Shown in pieces: positions 12,840-30,009 of a DNA stretch of 64,000 nucleotides (positions are counted from its first letter, which is position 1; every line of letters starts with the position of its first letter). A program made the translations under genes and the position numbers. Source of the DNA: the human T2T-CHM13v2.0 reference genome, Homo sapiens; assembly GCF_009914755.1 (NCBI RefSeq), contig NC_060928.1. The stretch is one strand, 5' to 3'. Below the pieces are notes generated by a model. It had not been told where the DNA came from. It did no database searches and saw nothing but the letters and a program-made list of their open reading frames with translations.

Positions 12840-15570
12840 TTTTTCTTCCAAGATGGCAGATTAGAAGGTTCTCCAGCATGCTTCACCCACCTGGTAGTGT
12901 AGTGATTCACACTGTGAAACTTTATTCATGAAGGATCATGGGAATTCAACCAAAAAGTAAAGGACACTTTACATCACGGGGAAGAGAAGTTGGTCAGACA
13001 GCCCGCACAACAGGATATGGCTGAGAACTGTGAGTAAAGTTCCAAAGAGGAAAGAGGAAGAGAGTGTCCCTCTGTGATTCACCCTTCCACTGGGGAACAG
13101 TGCAACCCAGGCCACAGGAAAGCACATTGTCTCTCCCAATACCTAAAGCTAACATGAGGAGAGGCTATGAGAAGTAAAGGCTGTGAGAGACTGTGAGAAG
13201 TGAAGGCACTAGGAGGTTCCCTATGCATGTTCTCAGATCTGGAAACTGATAGGAGGAAATCATTCTCAATCCAGCCTCATATCAAGCTGGGAAGAATTTA
13301 GCAACCTAGCAGCAGCAACTGCCACTGGCATTAGAGTCTCAGGCTGGAGATTGGAGTGTTGGGTCTGGAGCAGGGGAGAGGACTCCACACTCAGAACTGA
13401 GAGATGAGTATGGATTCCAGCTGTGACACTGTAATTGGACTCTACCACTTCACAGGACAAGAACAGGAAGAGATTTGCTGACAAGCTCTGATTTTACCTA
13501 GGTAGCAAGATTTGAGGCCAAGGATAGCTTTGTGATCTAAAGCCAGACTGTGTATGACTCTACTGAGCTTCCCAACTCACTCCCTTGGTCAGGACTGGGA
13601 ACTGAGCCCAATCAGTTCCGAAGTGTGAGAAAAAGGTGGGTCCCACACCTGTTCACATGGACCATGCATTTGGGCCATCCTTCCCTTCCTGTGCAAAGAA
13701 ATTGGTGCAGAAGCAGTTTCTCCAGTCCTCACCTAGGCTTATCTCCAGGCATCTGGCAACTGCCCCCCAGATCCCTGTCAGAGCCAATTCCCTCAGCTGC
13801 CACTGGGGAACTCGAGTATGGATTTGCCTGGTCCAGCTCTGTACAGCTTCACCCCCTGCTCCAAGGCTGAATGTAAAACCCAAACACTGAGTGTTCCACA
13901 GCCAAGCCTATGCCTGGGACACCAGAGCGCTTTTTCTGATAAACAAAGATCAAACATAAAACCTATTGCACCACTGCAGCCAGATCTTACCTGCAAGTGT
14001 GACCTACTGTCCTAGAGGTCAGTCTACACAATCCAGTGACCTCTGCCACTCCAGCTTCTCAGGAAGCTGTGAGCCTGCTCACCCGCCTGGTACACCACCA
14101 CTACAACCAATATTTGAGAAAGCCATCACACTAAGTCTACCTATAATCAAAAAATTCATAGATTCTTCACCACCAAACATACCCAGAAGCAAAGCCAAAC
14201 AACCCTACTCAGCATACATTATAATCACACCCTAAAGGAAACAAAGTCCTGTCACAATGGAAGTGAATTCAAAAATAAGAAGTGACTGCTTCTCTAGAGG
14301 AGAAGTATAAGCATAAAAATACTGGAATATGAAAAAGCAGAGTGTTATGACACACCCCAAAGGATTACACTAACTCTCTAGCAATGGATCCTAACTGAAA
14401 TAAAATTTGTGAAATGCAAGATAAAGAATTCAAAGTATTGATGTTAATGAAACTCAATGAGATCCAAGAGTAATCTTAAAATCAATACAAAGAAATCAGA
14501 AGATCAATTCAGAATATGAATGAGAAATTTACCAAACAGATAGATATCCTTTAAGGAAAAAAAATAAAACTTCTGGAAATAAAAAATGCATTAAAAAATT
14601 ATAAAATATAGTTGAAAACTTCCATAATAGGCTAAATCAAGCAGAAGAGAATTTCAGAACTTGAAGACAGGTCTTTTGAATTAATCCAGTCAGACAAAAA
14701 TAAAAACAATAAACAAAGCCTTTGAGAAGTATAGGACTAAATAAAGTGTCTAAACTTAAGAATCCTTGGTATTCCCAAGGGAGAAATAAAGCAAAATGTT
14801 TGGAAAATCTATTTAAAGAAATAATTGATGAAACTTCCCTAGACTTCCAAGATATGTAAACATCCAGATAGAAGAGGCCCAAAGAACACCAGTAATTAAA
14901 TTACAAGATGAACTTCATCATGCCATACAGTTATCAGGCTGTCATTGTGGAGAAAAAATCCCTAAAATCAGCAAGAGAAAAGCATCTAGTCACATATGAA
15001 GGAAAGCCCATCAAACTAACAGCAGACTTCTCAGCAGAAACCTTACAAGCTAGAAGAGATTGGGAACTTATTTTCAGAATTCTGAAATTAAAAAAAAAGC
15101 TATCAAGCATAAATTTTACAGCCTGTCAGAATAACCTTCACAAATGAAGGAGAAAAAAGTCCTTCCCAGAGAAGCAAATGTTGAGGGAACTGGTCCCCAC
15201 TAGATTGGTCCTACAAGAAATGCTCAAAGGAGTTCTAAACATGAAAACAAAAAGTCAATACTCACCATCATAAAAACAAACAGAAGTATAAAAACTCACA
15301 GGTTTTATAAATAGTTTTATAAAAACTCACAGGTTTTATAAAACACTAGACAAAGGAGAAAGATAAAGAAATCAAATTATAACATGACAGAACTCCTCCA
15401 AACCACAAAGATAAACAAGAAAAAAAAAAGACTCCACAAAACAACTAGGTAACAACATTATGACAGGAATAAAGCCTCACATATCAATTTTAACCTTGAA
15501 TATAAATGTACCAAATTCTCCACTTAAATTGGTGGAGTGAATTAAAAAAGCATGAACCAACTGTGTGCTG
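12840..15570 (+). mobile_element. LINE-1 (L1M1/L1MA-type) 5'UTR + ORF1 + start of ORF2, 3'-truncated
   Basis: AAGATGGC at 12850. ORF1 peptide LKSAREKHLVTYEGKPIKLTADFSAETLQARRDW. ORF2 ATG at 15460 (MTGIKPHISILTLN). Flanked by 14-bp direct repeats. Confidence 0.85.
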
Positions 15571-16565
15571 CTTACTCATTATTGGTCTGTTCAATTACCT
15601 ATTTCTTCATTATTCAGTCTTGGTAAGTTGTATATTCCAGGAAGCTATCAATCTGTTCTAGGTTATCCAATTTGTTGGTATACAACTGTTCACAATAGTG
15701 TCTTGTGATCCTTTGAATTTCTATGGTATCAGTTATAGTGTATCCTCTTTCATTTATAATTTTATTTGAGTACATTCTGTTTCTCAGTGTAGCCCAGGTT
15801 TGTCAATTTTATCTTTTTTTAAAAACCCAACTCTTATTTTCATTTATCCTTTCTATTAATTTTCTAGTCTCTATTTCAGTGTTCTGTTCTGATCTTTACT
15901 TTCCCTTTCTTTGTTAACTTTGGGCTTGTTTATTTCAGATCATTCTTTTTTGATGTAGGCGTTTATTGCTATAAACTTTCCTCTTAGAATTGCATTCACT
16001 GCATCTTATAAATTTTGATATGTTAGTTTTTTTCATTTTTTTATCTCAAGATATCTTTTGATTTCCCTTTTAATTTCTTCTTTGGCCTGTTAGTTGTTCA
16101 GAAGTGTGTCATTTTAATTTTCATATATCTGTGAATTTTCCAGTTTTCCTCCAGTCATTGATGTCTACTTTCATATCATTATGATTCAAAAAGATACTTA
16201 ATATAGTTTCACTCTTTAATTTTTTAAGTCTTGTTTTGTAGTCCAACATATGATCAATTCTGGAAAATTATCCATGTGTGCTTGTGACAAATATGTAGTC
16301 TGCTGCTGTTGAACGGAATGTTCTGTATATGTCTGTTAGGTCCATTTGGCCTAAAGTACAGTTCAAATCCAATGTTTCCTTACTGAATTTCTGACTGAAT
16401 GATATATCCATTGTTGAAAGTGTGGTATTGAAGTCCCTTACTATTACTGTATTGCTGCCTATTTCTCCCTTGATATCTGTTAATATCAAATTATGTGCTC
16501 CAATGTTGAGTGCAGATAATTTTACTATTATCACATCCTTTTGATGAGTTGGCCCCTTTATCATT

Positions 16566-17094
16566 CATAGTTCAATCTCAGGGTTGTATGTGTGCAGGAA
16601 TTTATCCATTTCTTCTAGGTTTTTCAGTTTGTTGGCATATAGTTATTCATAATAACCTCTAATGATTCTTTGGATTTCTGTGGTCTCAGTTGTTATGTCT
16701 TTTTCATTTCTGATTATATTTATTTGAGTCTCCTATCATTTTTTCTTAGTTAGTCTGGCTAAATGTGTGTTGATTTTATCTTTTCAAAAATCCAACTTTT
16801 CATTTCATTTCATTGATCTTCTGCATTTTCTTAGTCATGATTTCATTTATTTCCCCTCTGATTTCCATAATTTCTTTCCTACTAACTTTTGGTTTTTTTC
16901 TTAATTTTCTAGATCCCCGAGCTTCATTTTTAAGTTATTTAAGTCGTTCTACTATTTTGATGTAGGTATTTATTGATATAAAATTCCCTCTTGACACTGC
17001 TTTCACTGTATCCCATAGATTTTAGTATGCTGTATTTCCATTTTCATTTGTTTCAAGAAACGTTTTAATTGCCTTCTTAATTTCTTCATTGACC
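16566..17094 (-). mobile_element. Internal L1 ORF2 fragment (L1MA-type) with TSD
   Basis: ORF2 linker-region sequence (GGAATTTATCCATTTCTTCTAGG) out of register with the host; 16-bp flanking repeats. Confidence 0.8.
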
Positions 17095-17703
17095 TGGCCC
17101 TTTTATCATTATATAATGACCTTCTTTGTCTCTTGTGACAGTTTTTTACTTAATGTCTGTTTTGCCTGATATAAAGAGAGGCACTCTTGCTCTACTTTGT
17201 TTAGTATTTGTATGGATTATACTTTCCAACCCTTCCCATTCAATGTATGTGTGTCCTTAAACCTAAAGTGTGCCTCTAGTAGGCAGCATATACTTGGATC
17301 TTGGTTTGTGGTTTTTTGTTTCAATCATTCAGCCACTATATGTGTTTTGGTTGAAGAATTTAATACTCTTACATTTAAAGTAATCATTGATAGGTAAGAA
17401 TATACTATTGCTATTTTGCTGATTTTTTTCTGGTTGTTTTGTAGAATCCATTGTTTCTTTCTCTCTTGCTGTCTTTCTTTTTGATTTGATGATTTTTTGT
17501 AGTGCTATGCTTCGAATCCTTTTGCTTTATATTGTGTACATCTGTTTACCTTTGTAGTTATCATGAGGCTTACATAAAATGTCTGAAGTTATAACAGTTT
17601 ATTTTAAGCTAATAAGAACATAACTTCAACTGCATATAAAAATTCAATATTTTAAGTTATCCTACCCCCACATTTTATATTATTGATGTTATATAACTTT
17701 GTA

Positions 17704-20700
17704 ATTTTTTTATTTGACTTTAAGTTCTGGGATACATGTGCAGAACGTGCAGGTTTGATACATGCCTTAGTGGTTTGCTGCACTGATCAACCCATCATCT
17801 AGTTTTAAAGCCCCACATGCATTAGCTATTTGTCCTGATTCTCTCCCTCCCCCTGTGCTCTATCCCCAGACAGGCCCCAGTGTGTGTTTTTCCCCTCCCT
17901 ATGTCCATGAGTTCTCATTGTTCAACTCCTGTTTATGAGTGAGAACATGAGGTGTTTTGTTTTCTGTTCCTGTGTTAGTTTAATGAAGATGATGGCTACC
18001 AGCTTCATCCAAGACCCGGCAAAGGTCATGTTCTCATTCCTTTTCAAGGCTGCATAGTATTCCATGGTGTATATGTGCCACATTTTTTTTATCCAGTCTA
18101 TAATTGATTGGCATTTGGGTTGGTTCCATGTCTTTGCTATTGTAAATACTGCTGCAGTAAATATATGTGTGCATATGTCTTTATAATAGGATGATTTATA
18201 TGCCTTTCGATATATAATCAGTAATGGGATTGTTGGGTCAAATAGTATTTCTGGTTCTAGATCCTTGAGGAATTGCCACACTGTCTCCCACAATGGTTAA
18301 ACTAATTTACTTTCCCACCAACAGCGTAAAAGCATTCCTACTTTTCCACAGCCTCACCACCATCTGTTGTTTCTTGACTTTTTAATAATCACCATTCTGA
18401 CTGGCATAAGATGGTATCTCATTGTAGTTTTGATTTTCATTTCTCTAATGATCAGTGATGTTGAGCTTTTTTCATATGTTTGTTGGCTGCATAAATGTCT
18501 TCTTTTGAGAAGTGTCTGTTCATACCCTTTGCCCACTTTTTGATGGGATTGTTTGTTTTTCTTGTAAATTTGTTTAAGTTCCTTGTAGATTCTGGATATT
18601 AGACCTTTGTCAGATGGGTAGATTACAACATTTTTCTCCCATTCTGTAGGTCGCCTGTTCACTCTGATGATAGTTTATTTTGCTGTGCAGAAGCTCTTTA
18701 GTTTAAATAGATCCCATTTGTCTGGCTTTTGTTTCAATTGCTTTTGGCATTTTCGTCATGAAACCTTTGTCCATGCCAAGGTCCTGAATGATATTGTCTA
18801 GGTTTTCTTCTATGGCTTTTATGGTTTGAAGTTTTACATTTAAGTGTCTAATCCATCTTGAGTTAATTTTTGTATAATGCATAAGTAAGGGGTCCAGTTT
18901 CAGTTTTCTGCATATGGCTAGCCAGTTTTCCCAGCACCACTTATTAAATAGGGAATCCTTTCCCCATTGCTTGTTTTTGTCAGGTTTGTCAAAGATGAGA
19001 TGGTTGTAGATGTGTGGTGTGATTTCTGAGGTCTCTGTTCTGTTCCATTAGTCTATATGTCTGTTTTGGTACCAGTACCATGGTGTTTTGGTTTCTGTAG
19101 CCTTGCAGTATAGTGTGAAGTCAAGTAGCATGATGCCTCCAGCTTTGTTCTTTTTGCTTAGGATTGTCTTGGCTATACCAGCTCTTTTTTAGATCCACAT
19201 GGAGTTTAAAGTAGTTTTTTCTAAATCTGTGAAGAATGTCAATGGTAGCTTGATGGGGATAGCACTGAATCTATAAATTACTTTGGGCAGTATGGCCATT
19301 TTCATGATATTGATTCTTCCTATCCATGAGGATGGGATGTTTTTCCATTTGTTTGTGTCCTCTCTTATTTCCTTGAGTGATGGTTTGTAGTTCTCATTGA
19401 AGAGGTCCCTCACATCCCTTGTTAACTGTATTCCTAGGTATTTTATTCTCTTTGTAGCAATTGTGAATGGGAGTTCATTCATGATTTGGCTCTCTGCCTA
19501 TCTATTGTGGGTGTATAGAAATGCTTGTGATTTTTGCACACTGATTTTGTATCCTGAGACTTTGCTGAGGTTGCTTATCAGCTTAAGGAGTTTTGGGGTT
19601 GAGATGATAGGGTTTTCTAAATATACAAGCATGTCATCTTCAAAAAGAGACAATTTGACTTTCTCTCTTCCTATCTGAATACTCTTTAATTCTTTCTCTT
19701 GCCTGATGGCCCTGGCCAGAACTTCCAATACCACATTGAATAGGAGTGATGTGAGAGGGCATTTTTGTCTCATGCTGGTTTTTAAAGGGAATGCTTCCAA
19801 CTTTTGCCCATTCAGTATGATATTGGCTGTTGGTTTGTTATAAATGGCTCTTATCATTTTGAGATATGTTCCATCAATACCTAGTTTATTGAGAGTTTTT
19901 AACATGAAGGGATATTGGATTTTATTGAATGTCTTTTCTGCATCTATTGAGATAATCGTGTGGTTTTTGTCATTGCTTCTGTTTATGTGATGGATTACAT
20001 TTATTCATTTGCATATGTTAAAGCAGCCTTGCATCCCAGGGATGGAACCTACTTGTGGTGGATAAGCTTTTTGATGTGCTGCTGGATTCAGTTTGCCAGC
20101 ATTTTATTGAGGGTTTTCGCATGAACGTTCTTCAAGGACATTGGCCTGAAGTTTTCTTTTTTGTTGTGTCTCCACCAGGTTTTGGTATCAGGGTGATGCT
20201 GGCCTCATAAAACAAGTTAGGGAGGAGTCCCTCCTTTTCAACTGTTTGGAATAGTTTCAGAAGGAATAGTACCAGCTCCTCTTTGTACCTCTGGTAGAAT
20301 TCGGCTGTGAATCCATCTGGTCCTGGGCTTTTTTTTTTTTTTTTTTGGTTAGTAGGCTATTAATTACTGCCTCAATTTCAGAACTTGTTATTGGTCTATT
20401 CAGGGATACGATTTCTTCATTGTTTAGTCTTGGGAGGGTATATGTGTCCAGGAATTTATCCATTTTTTCTAGATTTTCTAGTTTATTTGCACAGAGGTAT
20501 TTATAGTATTCTCTGATGATTGTATTTCTGTGGGGTCAGTGGTGATAACCCCTTTATTATTTTTATTGTGTCTATTTCATTCTTCTCTCTTTTCTTCTTT
20601 ATTAATGTAGCTAGTGGTCTATCTATTTTGTTAATTTTTTCAAAACAAACAGCTCCTGGATTCACTGATTTTTTTGAAGAGTTTTTCATGTCTCTATCTC

Positions 20701-21286
20701 TTTCAGTTCTGCTCTGATCTTAGTTATTTCTTGTCTTCTGCTAGCTTTTGGATTTGTTTGCTCTTGCTTCTCTAGGTGCTTTAATTGTGATGTGAGGGTG
20801 TCGATTTGAGATCCTTCTATCTTTCCCTTGTGGGCATTTAGTGCTATAAATTTCCCTCTTAATACTGCTTTAGCTGTGTCCCAGAGATTCTGGTACATTG
20901 TCTCTTTGTTCTCATTAGTTTCAAAGAACTTCTTGATTTCTGCCTTAACTTCATTGTTTACCCATGAGTCATTCAGGAGCAGGTTGTTCAATTTCCATGT
21001 AGTTGTGTGGTTCTGAGTGAGTTTCTTAATCCTGAGTTCTAATTTGACTACACTGTGGTCCGAGAGACTATTATTATCAGTCCTGAGTCAGTGGCTCTCA
21101 GGTGGGCTGCGGCAACACACTGCTCTTCCTTCCTCTTCAGGGGTCATGCCAGCTGCCTAGTCAGTCCTGATGACAGAACCTGGATACCTCGGTTGCCAGT
21201 GCAAAATTCACCTGCTGTTTTGGTTTTTTTGGATGGGAGCCTCCCATCACCGCTGCTGCTTCTAGTCAGCCATCTTGGCCCTGTGC
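17704..21286 (-). mobile_element. LINE-1 L1PA8-like with internal deletion (first ~210 bp of 5'UTR fused to ORF2 EN C-terminus)
   Basis: ORF2 peptides 17922-20991; T-rich tail at 17704; 5' end GCCATCTT at 21269; degenerate TSD ATATAACTTTGTA (17691-17703) / ACATAACTGTTTA (21287-21299). Confidence 0.88.
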
Positions 21287-21800
21287 ACATAACTGTTTAT
21301 ATTATGTATCATTAACAAATTGTTGTAGCTATTGTTAAATACTTTTACCCTCTATATTATTAGAGTTACAAGTGATGTATGCACTATCATTATAATATTC
21401 AAGTATTCTAACTTTGACTATATTCCTTATAGTCAATGTTATACTTTCATGTGTTGTCATATTTTTAGTTATTGCTTTCATTTCTCTTTGATGAAATCCC
21501 TCTAGTGTTTCTTGTAAGTCAGGTATAGTGGTGATGAACTCCCATAATTTTTGCTCACCTGGGAAATTATTTACCTTTCCTTTATTTCTGAAGGACAGCT
21601 TTGGAAGGTATAATATTCTTCGTTGACATTTTTTTTCTTTCAGCATTTAAAATATATCATCCCACTGTCTCCTGGCCTGCAAAGTTTCTGATGAAAAATC
21701 CACTGACCATGTTATGATTGTTCCCTAGTATGCAATCAGTTGTTTTTATCTTACTACTTTCAAATTATCTTTGTTGTTTACGTTTAGGAATTTGATTATA

Positions 21801-22951
21801 CAAGACTTAAAGGTAAGACCTAAAAGCATAAAAACCCAAGAAGAAAACCTAAGCAATACCATTCAGGACATAGGCATTGGCAAAGACTTCATGATTAAAA
21901 CACCAAAAGTAATGGCAACAAAACCCAAAATAGACAAATGGGATCTAATTAAACTAAAGAGCTTCTGCACAGAAAAAGAAATTATCATCAGAGTGAACAG
22001 GCAGCCTACAGAATGGGAGAAAATTTTTGCAATATATCCATCTGAAAAAGGGCTAATATCCAGAATCTACAAAGAATTTAAACAAATTTACAAGAAAAAA
22101 ACAAACAACTCCATCAAAAAGTGGGCAAATGATATGAATAGACACTTCTCAAAAGAAGACATTTATGCGGCCAACAAACATAGGAAAAAAAGTTCATTAT
22201 CAGTGGTCATTACAGAAATGCAAATCAAAACCACAATGAGATACCATCTCATGCCAGTTAGAATGGCAATCATTAAAGAGTCAGGAAACAACAGATGCTG
22301 GAGAGGATGTGGAGAAATAGGAACATTTTACACTGCTGGTGGGAGTGTAAATTAGTTCAACCATTGTGGAAGACAGTGTGGCAATTCCTCAAAGATCTAG
22401 AACCAGAAATACTATATGACCCAGCAATTCCATTACTGGGTATATACTCAAAGGATTATAAATCATTCTACTATAAAGACACATGCACACATATGTTTAT
22501 TGCAGCATTGTTCACAATAGCAAAGACTTGGAACCAACCCAAATGCCCATCAATGACAAACTGGATAAAGAAAATGTGGCACATAAACACCATGGAATAC
22601 TATGCAGCCATAAAAAAGGATGAGTTCATGTCCTTTGCAGGGACATGGATGAAGCTGGAAACCATTATTCCCAGCAAACTAACACAAGGACAGAAAACCA
22701 AACACCGCATGTTTTCACTCAGAAGTGGGAGATGAACAATGAGAACACATGGACACAGGGAGGGGAACATCACACTCCAGGGCCTGTGTGGGGGTGGAAG
22801 GCTAGGGGAGGGATAGCATTAGGAGAAATACCTAATGTAGATGACGGGTTGATGGGTGCAGCAAACCACCATGGCTCATGTATACCTCTGTAACAAACCT
22901 GCACGCTCTGCACATGTATCCCAGAACTTAAAGTACAATTAAAAACAGAAA
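21801..22951 (+). mobile_element. LINE-1 L1PA7-like, 5'-truncated (1.15 kb)
   Basis: ORF2 C-terminal peptides and 3'UTR; perfect TSD GAATTTGATTATA (21788-21800, 22952-22964). Confidence 0.93.
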
Positions 22952-24967
22952 GAATTTGATTATAATGTTTTTGGTGACTATCCATTTGTGTTTAATCTAT
23001 TTTAGGCTATTTGAGCTTCATGGATCTGGATGTTTGTGTTCCTTTCCAAATTCAGGAATTCTTCTGTAGTTATGTTTTTAAGTAGTTTTCTGTCCCATTC
23101 TTTTTCTATGCTCCTCTGGAACTTCATTATTCATATATTGTTCTGTTTGATTGTATCCCACAGGCTTTCTTTACTCTTTTTCATTTTTTCTTTTTGTTTC
23201 TCTAACTGGGTAATTTCAAATAACCTGTCTTTGAGTTCACTGATTTTTGTCTCCTGCTAGATCAAGTCTGCCATTAGAGTTCTCTGTGGAATTTTTTAGT
23301 TCAGTCATTGTGTCCTTCAGCTCCACAATTTCTGTTTGGTTTTATTTTATACATTCTATCTTCTTGTTGAACTTCTCATTTTCTTCATGTATTGTTTTCC
23401 TGATTTTGTTTACTTGCCCATCTGTGTTCTCTTGTAGCTCACTAAGCTTCTTTAACACAATGGTTCTTTGTCAGGCTATTCATAGATCTCCATTTCATTA
23501 GGGTTAGTTCCTGATGCTTTATTTTATTCTTTTAGTGGTATGACTTTTTCCTGATTTTTCATAATTGCTGTCTTTCATTGGTGTCTGTGCATTTGAAGGA
23601 ACAGGCTCTTATTCTACTCTTTACATACAAGCTTCAGCAGGGAACATCCATCATTACTCAGCCCACCAAGATATTCAGCTGGTAGGCAAACTGGTGAGGT
23701 CCACAGGTCAGGTAGGCTTACTGCTGAATCCTTGGTCAGGTTGGCCAGGTTCCTGAGTCAGTGGGCAGGTAGGCCTGTTGCCTGTGTCCACAGGTGCTGG
23801 CCTGAAGCCTGAGTCTGCAGGGGCTGGCCTAGCACTTTGTTGGACCTGGAGCCTGAATCTGCAAGGGCCAGACTGGTACCTCAGTCTACTGAGGATGGCT
23901 TGGTGTTAGGACAGGCCTAGAGCGTGGATCTGCAAGTACCGGCTTTTTGCCTGGGTCTTCAGTGGCCATACTAGAGTCTGTAGCCATCACTGCTACAGAC
24001 AGTGCTACAGACAAAAGTTACTTGCCCGTAAGGGCAGTACTGGAGCCTGTACCCACTGGTGTTGGCCCGAAGCCTGGATCTGCCAGGGTGACCTGGTGCT
24101 ATGACAAGCTTGAAGTGTAGGTTTGTTGGGTACATCCTGGCACTGGGGTTTACTGGGTTGGGCCTGGTGACATGACTATGAGGCAAAGTGAGGTCCTTAC
24201 TTCATCTTCCTTTCCCAACACATTTCTCTGCACTATCCTGCTCAGGTTGGGGTGAGGGGTTATGCCAGTAATGTGAAACTGTCCTTCCTACCCTCTTTAA
24301 TGCATCTTTTCTTATTTATGTGCTCCATGTAGATACTGTAATCTCCTATCTGGAAACCTTAGTGCTTGTGAACATATTTTTATGCACAGATGGTTGTTTC
24401 AACTGATGTTTCTGTGAAGGTGATATGGTTTGGCTCTGTCCCTACCCAAATCTCATCTCAAATTGTAATTCTCACATGTTGAGGGAGGACCTGGTGGGAG
24501 GAGACTGGATCATGGTGGTGGTTTCCCCCACGCTATTCTCATGATAGTGAGGGAGTTCTCATGATATCTGATGGTTTTAAAAGTGGCAGTCTAGCCTGCA
24601 TTCATTCATTCTCTCTCTCTCTCTCCTGCTACCTTGTGAAGAAAATACTTGCTTCTCTTCCACCTTCTGCCATGATTGTAAGATTCCTGAGGCCTCCCTA
24701 GCCATGTGGGACTGTAAGTCAGTTAAACTTCTTTTCTTTTTCTTTTTTATTTTATTTTATTATTATTATACTTTAAGTTTTAGGGTACATGTGCACAATG
24801 TGCAGGTTTGTTACATATGTATACATGTGCCATGTTGGTGTACTCACCCAATAACTCGTCATTTAGCATTAGGTATATTTCCTAATGCTATCCCTCCCCC
24901 CATCCCCACCCCACAACAGTCCCCAGAGTGTGATGTTCCCCTTCCTGTGTCCATGTGTTCTCATTAT

Positions 24968-28787
<3,820 letters not shown>

Positions 28788-28850
28788 TATGATGTTAGCT
28801 GGTTATTTTGCTTGTTAGTTGATGCAGTTTCTTCCTAGCCTTGACCGTCT

Positions 28851-29866
28851 TTACAATTTGGCATGTTTTTGTGGTGGCGGGTACTGGTTGTTCCTTTCCA
28901 TGTTTAGTGCTTCCTTCAGGGGCTCTTTTAGGGCAGGTCTGGTGGTGACAAAATCTCTCAGCATTTGCTTGTCTGTAAAGTATTTTATTTCTCCTTCACT
29001 TATGAAGCTTAGTTTGGCTGGATATGAAATTCTGGGTTGAAAATTCTTTTCTTTAAGAATGTTGAATATTGGGCCCCACTCTCTTCTGGCTTGTAGAGTT
29101 TCTGCCAAGAGATCCACTGTTAGTCTGATGGGCTTCCCTTTGTGGGTAACGTGACCTTTCTCTCTGGCTGCCCCTAACATTTTTTCCTTCATTTCAACTT
29201 TGGTGAATCTGACAATTACGTGTCTTGGAGTTGCTCTTCTCGAGGAGTATCTTTGTGGCGTTCTCTGTATTTCCTGAATCTGAATGTTGGCCTGCCTTGC
29301 TAGATTGGGGAAGTTCTCCTGGATAATATCCTGCAGAGTGTTTTCCAACTTGGTTCCATTTTCCCCGTCACTTTCAGGTACACCAATCAGACGTAGATTT
29401 GGTCTTTTCACATAGTCCCATATTTCTTGGAGACTTTGTCCGTTTCTTTTTATTCTTTTTTCTCTAAACTTCCCTTCTTGCTTCATTTCATTCATTTCAT
29501 CTTCCATCACTGATACCCTTTCTTCCAGTTGATCGCATCGGCTCCTGAGGCTTCTGCATTCTTCACGTAGTTCTCGAGCATTGGCTTTCAGCTCCATCAG
29601 CTCCGTTAAGCACTTCTCTGCATTGGGTATTCTAGTTATATATTCATCTAATTTTTTTCCAAGTTTTTAACTTCTTTGCCATTGGTTTGAATTTCCTCCT
29701 GTAGCTCGGAGTAGTTTGATCTTCTGAAGCCTTCTTCTCTCAACTCATCAAAGTCACTCTCCATTCAGCTTTGTTCTGTTACTGGTGAGGAACTGCGTTC
29801 CTTTGGAGGAGGAGAGGAGCTCTGCTTTTTTGAGTTTCCAGTTTTTCTGCTCTGTTTTTTCGCCAT
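28851..29866 (-). pseudogene. L1 ORF1, frameshifted
   Basis: ATG at 29866 (MAKKQ); the span is 1016 nt, not a multiple of 3; the C-terminal 248 aa are open (REKRIKRN...YPAKLSFISEGEIKYF). Confidence 0.93.
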
Positions 29867-30009
29867 CTTTGTAGTTTCATCTACTTTTGGTCTTTGATGA
29901 TGGTGAAGTACAGATGTGTTTTTGGGGTGGATGTCCTTTCTGTTTGTTAGTTTTCCTTCTAACAGACAGGACCCTCAGCTGCAGGTCTGTTGGAGTTTGC
30001 TGGAGGTCC

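Noticed and set aside
21771-22735. 194-aa and 146-aa ORFs as genes
   Set aside because: They are L1 ORF2 C-terminal fragments in a promoterless truncated copy.
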